32,000 nt of DNA from Nostoc punctiforme PCC 73102 (GCF_000020025.1 NC_010628.1:1170001-1202000), one strand, 5' to 3'; numbered from the stretch's first letter, positions 18,113-26,463 are shown. Numbers and translations: made by a program. Notes: generated from the sequence alone by a model not told the origin.

Positions 18113-18183
18113 AAGAGACGCGATGAATCGCCGTCTTTACAATAATCAGTCTTTTGTAGAGATGGCGATTCATCGCGTCTTTG
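18113..18183. terminator. Long imperfect hairpin made of two inverted copies of the GAGACGCGATGAATCGC element, between convergent genes
   Basis: Left arm aagagacgcgatgaatcgccgtctttacaa (18113-18142), loop taatcagtctt, right arm ttgtagagatggcgattcatcgcgtctttg (18154-18183). 26 of 30 positions pair. It lies between the stop of the kinase gene (18103) and the stop of the ATP-grasp gene (18199). Confidence 0.6.
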
Positions 18184-18198
18184 TGATGATTTATTTCT

Positions 18199-19032
18199 TC
18201 AATTTGAGGCTAGGCTAAGGAGCATTTTTTCAAAAATTCTCAACACAGGTTCCTCTCCATTGTCTCTAGTGAAAATAGTATAATTTGGGTGAGAATTTAT
18301 TTCAATTAACCAATATTGGTTATCTCGATCTAAGACTATATCTAAACCACCATAATCAATGTCTAATTCTTCAAAAATTGGTTTAGCAAAATTAGCAATC
18401 TCTGACAATATTTGTGGATCTTTGATATACTTTGCTTTCGCACCATCCCAGTGAAGAGGGCTGAGGTTGCCTGCAAATTTTGCATTAGTTATATCTTTTT
18501 CATAGAGCAGAACTAACTCTTTATTTAGAAAAACGGCTCTATACTCAGATTTTATGTGAATGAACTCTTGAGCGATCGCAACGTAATCATACTTTTTATT
18601 ATTGATATTAAAAATCTCTTTTAAAGCAGTTTCAACTTCATCTGTATTCTGACATAAAAAAACGTTATGTCCACTTGAGCCAGAATTACGTTTAACAATT
18701 ACAGGCGTTTCAAAAGTTTTTTTTATTTCTAATATAATATCTTCAAAACTTGGAAATTTTAAGTAAATCTTATATTGCAGGTCACAAAAAGGGGAAAGAA
18801 AACCTACTGTTCGAGGAAGTTTAACTTTGTTCTTTAAAATATGGTAAGTATATTCTTTGTCTTTAATAATTTGTGCTACTGCTTGATTTATTATCGGAGT
18901 ACTATAATTACAAAAATAATGTTGTTTATTATTCAGTTTTATTTTTACTAAGTTTTCAGTCGGATGAATAATTTTATAACTGATATTTAAATTTTCACAA
19001 GCTTTAAGCAATAGGGAAAGGTTATCTAACAT
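18199..19032 (-). CDS. ATP-grasp fold ligase (RimK/GshB-like), conspicuously AT-rich
   Basis: 277 aa. Motifs: PVIVKRNSGSSGHNVF (glycine-rich ATP loop), QEFIHIKSEYRAVFLN, and WLIEINSHPN (Mg/ATP E-x-N). By eye the gene is about 30% GC, against about 42-46% for its neighbours. Confidence 0.75.
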   Translation of the reverse strand: MLDNLSLLLKACENLNISYKIIHPTENLVKIKLNNKQHYFCNYSTPIINQAVAQIIKDKEYTYHILKNKVKLPRTVGFLSPFCDLQYKIYLKFPSFEDIILEIKKTFETPVIVKRNSGSSGHNVFLCQNTDEVETALKEIFNINNKKYDYVAIAQEFIHIKSEYRAVFLNKELVLLYEKDITNAKFAGNLSPLHWDGAKAKYIKDPQILSEIANFAKPIFEELDIDYGGLDIVLDRDNQYWLIEINSHPNYTIFTRDNGEEPVLRIFEKMLLSLASN

Positions 19033-19044
19033 AAATAATTGAAG

Positions 19045-19926
19045 TTAAACGTCAAAATTACGAATTATTTTAGCTTGTGTTTGCCGTTTAAAAATCACCA
19101 TTTCAGTACCGACAACTGGGTTACGCGCTATCAGCTTATCTTGGGAATCAATAATTTCTAAATGGGTAAAATCAAGTTCTTGAGAACGTTGTAATATCTC
19201 CGCAGCTAGTTTGTCCTGCTGAGATTCTTTGAGAGTGTACCAATCGTCACTAATTTTGACAGTCAAGTTACTCGTGCGGAAGTTGGCTTGAATTGACTTT
19301 ATCAGACCAGAGGCAATGCGATCGCTAATTTCAGCTACCTGATTTTCAATAGCTGCAATCAAAGCTTGTTCTGGTGTTAATTCTATAGCTGGTGTCGGCG
19401 TTGGGGTTGGGGTGGGAGTTGGTTCCGGTTCCGGTTCTGGCACCGGCGTAATTTCCTCTGGTGGCTGTGGCGGCTGCGGTTCTGGTACAACTGACTCCGG
19501 TGGAGTAGTTATCGTTGGTGTCGGTGCAGGAACCTCTTCAACTGGGGGAACTGTTGCTATTTCAGTAGGTTTACCAGTAAAGACAGTTGCAGTTGTCCAA
19601 ACGAGAATTACAGCAATTCCAGCCACAATTCCCGTCAAAGCTGTATCTGATAACTTTGTTGACAAATTTGATGGTAAAAACAAGCGGATTGTCCTTAACA
19701 GTCCGCCCCATCGCAACTGAAGCTGCTGGAAAAAGCCGGGTGTTTCCTCAGTACCCGGTGGGGGTGCTGTCTCCAGTTTCTCCACCGTTGTTTCTAAAAC
19801 CCCAATCGTCCCTCTCAGAAGTTGGATAATTTTAGCCTTCCAAAATGGCTGAACTCTCTGGTAAGGTTTTTGGGGAGGTTGATTTACCTGCTCATCCGTC
19901 GGTTTTGACTGATTGTCTTGTGACAT
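19045..19926 (-). CDS. Hypothetical single-pass membrane protein with Pro/Glu/Thr-rich linker
   Basis: 293 aa. TM segment LTGIVAGIAVILVWTTATVF, linker PEPQPPQPPEEITPVPEPEPEPTPTPTPTPTP, and a structured C-terminal domain. The stop lies 12 nt upstream of the ATP-grasp start. Confidence 0.7.
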   Translation of the reverse strand: MSQDNQSKPTDEQVNQPPQKPYQRVQPFWKAKIIQLLRGTIGVLETTVEKLETAPPPGTEETPGFFQQLQLRWGGLLRTIRLFLPSNLSTKLSDTALTGIVAGIAVILVWTTATVFTGKPTEIATVPPVEEVPAPTPTITTPPESVVPEPQPPQPPEEITPVPEPEPEPTPTPTPTPTPAIELTPEQALIAAIENQVAEISDRIASGLIKSIQANFRTSNLTVKISDDWYTLKESQQDKLAAEILQRSQELDFTHLEIIDSQDKLIARNPVVGTEMVIFKRQTQAKIIRNFDV

Positions 19927-20061
19927 GGAACTTTCACCAAAAGCAGCGAATCAAAGACAAACAACGTACATTATTACTGGTGCTGCCTTCTTTTGCCTTA
20001 ATGTATCACTTCATTGCTCATTGTTTCCGCTAAACGGACTATTTATCAAATTTGGTGAATT

Positions 20062-20979
20062 ATGAACTTAAAACGCCGTCAATTTTTATTTTTAAGTAGC
20101 TTTAGCGCCATTGGTACAGGATTTTTAGCCTGGATGTTAGCTGATAAAAATCATCAAAGTGCTGATATTACCGATTCAACTACAGCTATAGCCGCCAACC
20201 CAGTCAAAAAAGACTTGTTATTACGTTTTGTATCTGTGGCTGATACGGGGACTGGGGCTAGAGGACAGTATGCTGTGGCTGGAGCAATGAATGCCTATCA
20301 CAAACAAAATCCTTATGATTTAGTCGTTTTAGCTGGAGACAATATTTACAATAACGGTGAAATTGAAAAAATTAGTGCAGTTTTTGAGCGTCCTTATCAA
20401 CCTTTGCTGAAACAAGGCGTGAAATTTCAGGCTTGTTTAGGTAATCACGATATTCGTACTGATAATGGCGATCCACAAGTCAAGTATATCGGTTTTAATA
20501 TGAAGGGACGTTATTATACATTTAAACGTAATCAGGTACAATTTTTTGCTTTAGATACTAACAGTAATGCTGATTGGAAAAACCAGCTACCTTGGTTAGA
20601 AAAAGAATTAAGTATTAGTAATGCTCCTTGGAAAGTAGTGTTTGGACATCATCCGATTTATTCATCGGGTCAGTATGGGAGTAATGCAGATTTTATTAAA
20701 ACTTTCACTCCTCTATTTCAAAAATACGGTGTTCAACTTTATATCAATGGTCACGAACACAATTATGAACGCACTCGTGCTATTGATGGGACAACTTATT
20801 TAATTTGTGGTGCAGGTGCTGGTAATCGTCCTGTAGGGCGTTCTGAGTGGACAAAGTATTCTACGAGTGACTTAAGCTTTGCCTCTTATGAAGTATATAA
20901 AGATAGAATAGAAATAAGTGCGATCGCTACTGATAATCGTGTTTTTGATAAAGGTATTATTCAATTAAAATCAGCTTAG
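20062..20979 (+). CDS. Exported metallophosphoesterase (calcineurin-like / purple-acid-phosphatase-like)
   Basis: 305 aa. N-terminal Tat-like signal MNLKRRQFLFLSS. Metallophosphoesterase motifs: SVADTG (DxG), GDNIY (GDxxY), GNHD, GHHP and GHEHNYER. Confidence 0.85.
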   Translation: MNLKRRQFLFLSSFSAIGTGFLAWMLADKNHQSADITDSTTAIAANPVKKDLLLRFVSVADTGTGARGQYAVAGAMNAYHKQNPYDLVVLAGDNIYNNGEIEKISAVFERPYQPLLKQGVKFQACLGNHDIRTDNGDPQVKYIGFNMKGRYYTFKRNQVQFFALDTNSNADWKNQLPWLEKELSISNAPWKVVFGHHPIYSSGQYGSNADFIKTFTPLFQKYGVQLYINGHEHNYERTRAIDGTTYLICGAGAGNRPVGRSEWTKYSTSDLSFASYEVYKDRIEISAIATDNRVFDKGIIQLKSA

Positions 20980-20983
20980 TTAT

Positions 20984-21517
20984 ATGACTCAGCAAGAACT
21001 TCCTCCTGCACTCAAAAATATTGTAGAATCATCTCAAACACCAGATACTCTATTTGATGAACTGTTGGCAGCACTAGGCGATTTTTTACAATCTGATAGA
21101 TGTTTTCTATGCCTACATAATCCACACAATAACCTTACTAAAGTTGCCTTTTGTTGGATTCGCACTCCAGATATACCTATCGTCTACAATGAAGACTGGG
21201 AAGCGCTGCCCACATCTTTAGCAGATGAAGATCCGATGTTTGCGGCTGCGTTACGTGCCAAACCTTCAATCTTTGTCGAAGATGTAGAAACTGCTGATTC
21301 TCAAATTTTAAATCGGGAATTTGAAAAGAAGAATTTTGGACATCGCGCCCTGATTCATGCCCATATCCGCGAGAATGGTCAACTTTGGGGAATTTTACAA
21401 CCATGTATTTTTGGTCATCCCAGAATTTGGACTGAATATGAGCGAGGAGTGATTAATAATCTTGTCGAAAAAATCACGCCTTTAACAGTTTCTTATGTCA
21501 AGTCTGCTTTTGATTAG
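20984..21517 (+). CDS. Stand-alone GAF-domain protein
   Basis: 177 aa, starting 4 nt after the phosphoesterase stop. The GAF-like layout (..FLQSDRCFLCL.. ..LWGILQPC..) is a tentative domain call made by eye. Confidence 0.6.
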   Translation: MTQQELPPALKNIVESSQTPDTLFDELLAALGDFLQSDRCFLCLHNPHNNLTKVAFCWIRTPDIPIVYNEDWEALPTSLADEDPMFAAALRAKPSIFVEDVETADSQILNREFEKKNFGHRALIHAHIRENGQLWGILQPCIFGHPRIWTEYERGVINNLVEKITPLTVSYVKSAFD

Positions 21518-21632
21518 CTGTTTTTTTCAAAGATTTCTTAGCTATATTAGATTATTTCAGCATTTTTATATTTTGCAAGCTCCAAATTAAGTAACGGTGT
21601 GTGTGTAGCTCCTATACATAGTTTATTTAAGA

Positions 21633-21667
21633 AGAGATGGGGAGAATAATAATACTCCCTCATCTCT
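21633..21667. terminator. Hairpin between convergent GAF and globin genes
   Basis: AGAGATGGGG (21633-21642) pairs with CCCTCATCTCT (21657-21667), giving about 10 bp with one G-U. The flanks are AT/T-rich. Confidence 0.45.
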
Positions 21668-21710
21668 ATCTTTCATTATGCCCCTCTATAACTTTTCAAA
21701 AATCTGCTCT

Positions 21711-22256
21711 TTAAGGCTTTTCAACAATCTGGTCTCTAAGACTATTGGCAAATCCCAGCACTTGGTTTTTCTCTGGTTGCTTGACCCCATTTTTATCAAG
21801 GGCTAGCGCTATATCATTAACAAAAGCATAAAATTCACCGTTAGTTAGACCTCTACCAATTCCACTATGAGAAAGCTTCATAGTCCGGCCAGTATATATA
21901 CAAGGGCCACCTGCTGCTTGGCAGAATTGAGCTATCAGCAACTCACGCAGCCGTTGTTTTGAGTTAGTACTCAAGCCAATAAAGTATTTACCAATCAATG
22001 GGTCAGCAAATATGTTTTTTGCGGAATCGTCAATGACGGCGGCAATTGCGTTGTAGCCTCCTAATCTCTTATAAAGAGAACTTCCTGCTGAATTATGGGC
22101 TATGGTTACTCTCGCTGCTGATAGTTCAACTGGCGGTGTTGATGTGGAACGAGCCAAACTAGGGCTTAACTTGAAAATAGTCACAACCATGATTGTGATA
22201 CAAACTAATGTCAACCAGAAAACCTTTGGGAATAGGTTTTTTATTTTCATCTTCAA
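21711..22256 (-). CDS. Group I truncated-hemoglobin-like protein with N-terminal signal peptide/anchor
   Basis: 181 aa. The trHbN hallmarks are LYKRLGG (compare LYEKLGG in Synechocystis GlbN), AAGGP, and the proximal-His block MKLSHSGIGRGLTNGEF. The N-terminus MKMKIKNLFPKVFWLTLVCITIMVVTIFKLSPSLARS looks like a Sec signal or anchor. Confidence 0.8.
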   Translation of the reverse strand: MKMKIKNLFPKVFWLTLVCITIMVVTIFKLSPSLARSTSTPPVELSAARVTIAHNSAGSSLYKRLGGYNAIAAVIDDSAKNIFADPLIGKYFIGLSTNSKQRLRELLIAQFCQAAGGPCIYTGRTMKLSHSGIGRGLTNGEFYAFVNDIALALDKNGVKQPEKNQVLGFANSLRDQIVEKP

Positions 22257-22948
22257 AGCTCCTCTCTTAAATTTGATGCTAGATCGGTTTTGTTACTTCA
22301 CACAAAAAAATTGGCTACAAAGATGTAACCTAGGAAATCTAAGCACATTTATGCTTGTAAAAATTAATATGGAATGTCATATAAGCTTTACAATACTGAC
22401 TTTATTCCATAGTAAATTTCTGAAAAAATCTTTATTTTTTCGTCTACTTTATTACCATTGTGAATAATAATGCCTGAAACAATAAACACACATTTTTCTT
22501 AAATGTTGCACTCCAACAGTGCTTGTATTCAAAACGATTGCCTTGAAAATACATTTAATTGTTCAAAATTGTATCACTAATCTCACAAATACTTAACAGC
22601 TAGAATAAAACAACCTACTTTTCCCACTTTTCCTACTTTTTAAAATACATAGTTTATTGAAAAGTTTACTAAATAAATCAGCTAGATTTCAAATATGAAG
22701 TTAATACCATCACGAGCAGATGAAACAAAAATTAATAAACTGAGACTCAATATTGAAAAGCTAAAATATTTATGTGCAAAAGCTCTTGAGCCGATATTTT
22801 AAATCTGTAAATCATCAATACAATCACAGAGGAAGACAGACAAAACTTAATTCTTGGCTTCAGTCAAACTGATTGCAAAGGAAATTACGAAGAGTTTTGT
22901 ACGGCAATTATCTATTTACCCAAAAACTAGTTTTTAATCTAATCAAGT

Positions 22949-23077
22949 GTGTGCATAGGTGTAGCCTGTCGTGGCGGCGGTTCTGCTGTTGGGGTATGTT
23001 CGCACAGGGTTAGTGAAGAACGAGTGTTTGTAGAAGAGGCACTTTTGGAAACAAACGCCGAATGCACATTATACTAA
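22949..23077 (+). other. GC-rich island in an AT-rich 850-nt spacer: candidate structured RNA or 42-codon Cys/Gly-rich small ORF
   Basis: A GTG-initiated frame reads VCIGVACRGGGSAVGVCSHRVSEERVFVEEALLETNAECTLY*. Possible closing stem TGTGCAT (22950-22956) / ATGCACA (23061-23067), and inner stem GTTTGT/ACAAAC around a loop containing GGAAACA. No family recognised. Confidence 0.2.
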
Positions 23078-23110
23078 ATAATATTAACTTAATTATCACT
23101 ACGAAATTTT

Positions 23111-23404
23111 ATGATTCTTGAGGCAGTGATGCTTCCTGTTAAACCTGGTCTAGAATCCGATTTTGAAGCTGCTTTCAAAAAAGCTTCTAAAATTATTTCC
23201 TCAATGGACGGATATTTATCCCATGAATTACATAAATGTATAGAAGTCCAAGGGAAATATTTATTATTTGTCAGATGGGAAACTTTAGAATCTCATACTG
23301 TCGGATTTAGAAATTCTCCTGAGTTTCAAGAGTAGAAAAAACTTCTGCATCATTTTTATGAGCCATTTTCTACTGTTGAACACTTTGAAGAGATTGAAAT
23401 ATGA
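23111..23404 (+). pseudogene. ABM-domain (antibiotic biosynthesis monooxygenase-like) protein interrupted by a single in-frame TAG
   Basis: The 74-aa ORF ends at TAG 23333-23335. The same frame continues KKLLHHFYEPFSTVEHFEEIEI to TGA 23402-23404. Joined, the length is 97 codons, typical for ABM proteins, and the TAG sits where this family usually has Trp (..EFQEWKxLL..), i.e. TGG to TAG. Confidence 0.7.
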
Positions 23405-23411
23405 AAAACAA

Positions 23412-23442
23412 GATCCCCGACTTATTTGAAAAGTTGGGAATC
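23412..23442. terminator. Hairpin between convergent ABM and pcrA genes (GATCCCCGAC-type dispersed palindrome)
   Basis: GATCCCCGAC (23412-23421) pairs with GTTGGGAATC (23433-23442): 9 of 10 positions, counting one G-U, with one mismatch. Loop is 11 nt. Confidence 0.45.
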
Positions 23443-23455
23443 TATGACTTTGTTT

Positions 23456-25777
23456 TCAGACTTTTTGCAACTGTGCTACTCTTGGGTCAACAATTTTTTG
23501 TCCCAAGCTGGCAAATTTAATTGCTACAGACATTTTATTACCTGTTCCAAAAACATGAGTAATTTCACCAAGACCAAAAGTTTTGTGTAATACTCGATTG
23601 CCTACTTGCCAATTCTGTGATGTGTCTTGTTTACCATTAGAACTAGAGGCACTTTTGGTATAACTTTGACGACTTGCGCGTTTCGTAGCTAATAACTCTT
23701 CTGGCAATTCGTCGAGGAATTGCGATCGCATCGCAGGTTCACGAGAACCATACAAACGGCGTTCCCGCGCGTGTGATAAATACAACCTTTCTTGGGCGCG
23801 AGTAATCCCCACATAACACAAGCGGCGTTCCTCTTCCAAAGATGCCGGATCGCTTAGGGAACGGTAGCCGGGAAATAGCCCCTGTTCTAATCCCACCAAA
23901 AACACTACGGGAAATTCCAAACCTTTGGAAGCGTGTAAAGTCATCAAAGAAACGGCTGTCTGTCCTTCTTTTAAGTTATCCAAATCGGAACTGAGGGCAG
24001 CACTACTTAAAAAATCTCGCAGGGAAATCTCTTCGTTTTCTTCTTGAAATTGCAGCGCAGCGTTATAAAGTTCCTGGACGTTTTGTACCCGATCTGTGGC
24101 TTCATCTGTGCCTTGATTCATCAAGTCTTGAACGTAACCAGAATCTTCTAATATTCCTTGCAAAACCTCAGTTACCGGAAGCGTGGCAATTTGCCCTTGC
24201 CAACGGCTAATCATTGCGGCAAAGTTATTTACAGCTTTTGTCGCCCGTCCAGCTAATGTATTAACTGATGTTTCGTCGCTGAGTATTTCCCACAAAGTTG
24301 TGCCTAGTTGCTGGGAGGCATTCATCAAAGCATCAATAGTAGTTTTGCCAACTCCCCGGCGGGGAGTATTGATGACTCGTAATAAACTTACTGTATCAGA
24401 TGGGTTAGCGATCGCTCTTAAATACGCAATCACATCTTTAATTTCTTTGCGATCATAAAATCTCATTCCCCCCACAACTGTGTAAGGAATTTGATATTTT
24501 ACCAACAATTCTTCAAAGGGACGAGATTGAGCGTTTGTCCGATAAAGTATGGCAAAACTACCCCAGTCTAACTCTGGATTTTGGTTTTTTAAAGTGTTAA
24601 TTTGATCGATCACAAATGCCGCTTCTGCAAGTTCTTCATCGGCCTTGTGACAAGTAATCTGTTCACCCGCCCCCCGCGTCGGTTTCAGAATTTTATCAAT
24701 CCGTTGGGTGTTATTTTCAATCAGTTCATTAGCCGCTTGCAGAATGTTTTCACAAGAACGATAGTTTTCTTCCAGCTTAACCATCGTCCGGGTGTCATCA
24801 TCTACCAAACCATCACCAAAGTCTTCCTGAAATCCTAGCAAGATGGTGAAATCTGCCATCCGAAAGCTGTAAATTGATTGATCTGCATCGCCGACAACGA
24901 AAACTGAGCGATTTTCCCATTGCCATTCGGTCTTTTTGGTTTCGCCATTAGTCACTAATAAATTAATCAGTTGATACTGAGTGCGGTTAGTATCCTGATA
25001 TTCATCTACAAGGATATGACGAAATTTGCGATGCCAGTAACCCAATACCTGCTCGTTTTGTTGAAATAATCTAGTAGGTACAAGAATAAGATCGTCAAAG
25101 TCAAGAGCGTTGTTTTGTGCTAGCTTATCTTGATATAAATTGTAAACTTGGGCAATTACCCGTCCGCGATAATTTGGTTGGTCTTGCTCAAATTCTTGGG
25201 GCGATAAACCTTGGTTTTTAGCGTTACTAATAGCGTAACGAACAGAGCGAGCGTCAAACTTCTTATCGTCTAAATTTAGCTCTTTATTAACGAGTTCTTT
25301 AATCAGAGTCATCACATCTGATTCATCAAAAATAGAAAAATTACGATTCCACTTGCGTCCTTTTTCGTCTACGTATTTTTCAATATCAAAGCGGAGTATA
25401 CGAGAAAATAGACTGTGGAAAGTGCCACACCATAAGTCTTTAATAGTGCTTTTGTAAACTTGCGATCGCAGCTGCGTTTGTTGGTATTCTGTCAACAAAT
25501 CCAATCGCTGACCGTGTTGTTTCATTGCCAGTTGTTCAGCAAACAGCCGTTGAATCCGTTCTTTCATTTCCCGTGCGGCTTTATTGGTAAAAGTAACCGC
25601 CAGAATATTCTCTGGATCGACACGGTGTTTCAGAATCAGATTGGCAATACGATAAGTCAGCGCTCGTGTTTTACCGGAACCTGCGCCAGCTACAACTAGC
25701 AACGGGCCGCAGTAGTGTTCGACAGCTTGACGTTGACTAGGGTTAAGGTGACTGAGAAAGTCGATGGTTGTTGTCAT
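23456..25777 (-). CDS. pcrA: ATP-dependent DNA helicase PcrA/UvrD (SF1)
   Basis: The track ORF runs to a GTG at 25807; I prefer the ATG at 25777 (MTTTIDFLSHLNPSQRQAV..). Motifs: AGAGSGKT (Walker A), ILVDEYQDTN (motif II), VGDADQSIYSFR, TLHASKGLEFP and YVGITRA. Confidence 0.93.
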   Translation of the reverse strand: MTTTIDFLSHLNPSQRQAVEHYCGPLLVVAGAGSGKTRALTYRIANLILKHRVDPENILAVTFTNKAAREMKERIQRLFAEQLAMKQHGQRLDLLTEYQQTQLRSQVYKSTIKDLWCGTFHSLFSRILRFDIEKYVDEKGRKWNRNFSIFDESDVMTLIKELVNKELNLDDKKFDARSVRYAISNAKNQGLSPQEFEQDQPNYRGRVIAQVYNLYQDKLAQNNALDFDDLILVPTRLFQQNEQVLGYWHRKFRHILVDEYQDTNRTQYQLINLLVTNGETKKTEWQWENRSVFVVGDADQSIYSFRMADFTILLGFQEDFGDGLVDDDTRTMVKLEENYRSCENILQAANELIENNTQRIDKILKPTRGAGEQITCHKADEELAEAAFVIDQINTLKNQNPELDWGSFAILYRTNAQSRPFEELLVKYQIPYTVVGGMRFYDRKEIKDVIAYLRAIANPSDTVSLLRVINTPRRGVGKTTIDALMNASQQLGTTLWEILSDETSVNTLAGRATKAVNNFAAMISRWQGQIATLPVTEVLQGILEDSGYVQDLMNQGTDEATDRVQNVQELYNAALQFQEENEEISLRDFLSSAALSSDLDNLKEGQTAVSLMTLHASKGLEFPVVFLVGLEQGLFPGYRSLSDPASLEEERRLCYVGITRAQERLYLSHARERRLYGSREPAMRSQFLDELPEELLATKRASRQSYTKSASSSNGKQDTSQNWQVGNRVLHKTFGLGEITHVFGTGNKMSVAIKFASLGQKIVDPRVAQLQKV

Positions 25778-25934
25778 GGATGTGAAAAAGCGATTGCCTG
25801 GTGTCACATCAATAGAGAGTCGCTATTGCCCAGGTTACAATATCCTAACGAAACTTGGTCAATAAAGATTGTGTGGCAATCTTCTTAACCAGAATGGTAC
25901 TGTATCATGATTTATGTAGAAGCAAGAAAAAGCT

Positions 25935-26186
25935 ATGCTGTCAGTCAAAGGCACATTCCAAAACGGTGTAGTTTATCCTAACGAACCAATTGGAGGGCAT
26001 GAAGGGCAGTCAGTGATAATTGTGTTTGTCGAAGAAAACCGCACACCTGAGCCAGCAACGCCAGAAGACTCAGATTGGGATAAACTGAGGCAGTTGATTA
26101 AAAACTGTGCAGTTGATACAGATATTAGCGATTTGGCACAGCAGCATGACCATTATCTCTATGGAATGCCAAAGCGAGAATCATAA
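25935..26186 (+). CDS. Antitoxin-like small protein (DUF104/AF2212-like N-domain), no adjacent toxin
   Basis: 83 aa. The N-terminal pattern SVKGTFQNGVVYPNEPIGGHEGQSVIIVF resembles the beta-barrel antitoxin domain. I recall the C-terminal HDHYLYGMPKR tail from cyanobacterial VapB-like antitoxins. Confidence 0.55.
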   Translation: MLSVKGTFQNGVVYPNEPIGGHEGQSVIIVFVEENRTPEPATPEDSDWDKLRQLIKNCAVDTDISDLAQQHDHYLYGMPKRES

Positions 26187-26443
26187 CCTTGACTTTTGAG
26201 CAAGCAGGATTTACAAAACTGTTGTAAATCAAAAAATACTGGGATTTAAGCAAGGTTTGTGTAAGAGCAATTCATGAATTGCCCCTACAATACGTTAATT
26301 TTTTCTACGCTAAATACGTTGATTGCGAGTTCTCCCTACACTTTCTGTCGTAAGATCAGCGACGGGGAATCCAACATCAAAAAATGTTGGGCAAGCTCTC
26401 ACTTTTTCTGTTCTCAGCGCTGTTTAACACCTAATCAATAAGT

Positions 26444-26463
26444 ATTGTCACGAATAGGACAAT
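26444..26463. promoter_or_regulatory. Perfect inverted repeat ATTGTC-N8-GACAAT upstream of the sbtA-like operon (candidate LysR-type operator)
   Basis: ATTGTCacgaatagGACAAT lies about 120 nt upstream of the start codon at 26583. It contains T-N11-A geometry. The function is inferred only. Confidence 0.3.

Noticed and set aside
22102-22467. 121-aa plus-strand ORF
   Set aside because: Its first third is antisense to the globin gene start. The rest runs through AT-rich spacer and gives a Phe/Leu/Lys-rich product typical of random AT-rich ORFs.
22695-22802. 35-codon ORF (MKLIPSRADETKINKLRLNIEKLKYLCAKALEPIF)
   Set aside because: It has no ribosome-binding site and no recognisable motif, and it sits in an AT-rich region where such ORFs arise by chance.
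23333-23335. TAG as a programmed recoding signal (pyrrolysine or readthrough)
   Set aside because: There is no Pyl machinery or recoding signal in the window, and none is known in cyanobacteria. A simple TGG to TAG mutation or a base-call error is far more likely.
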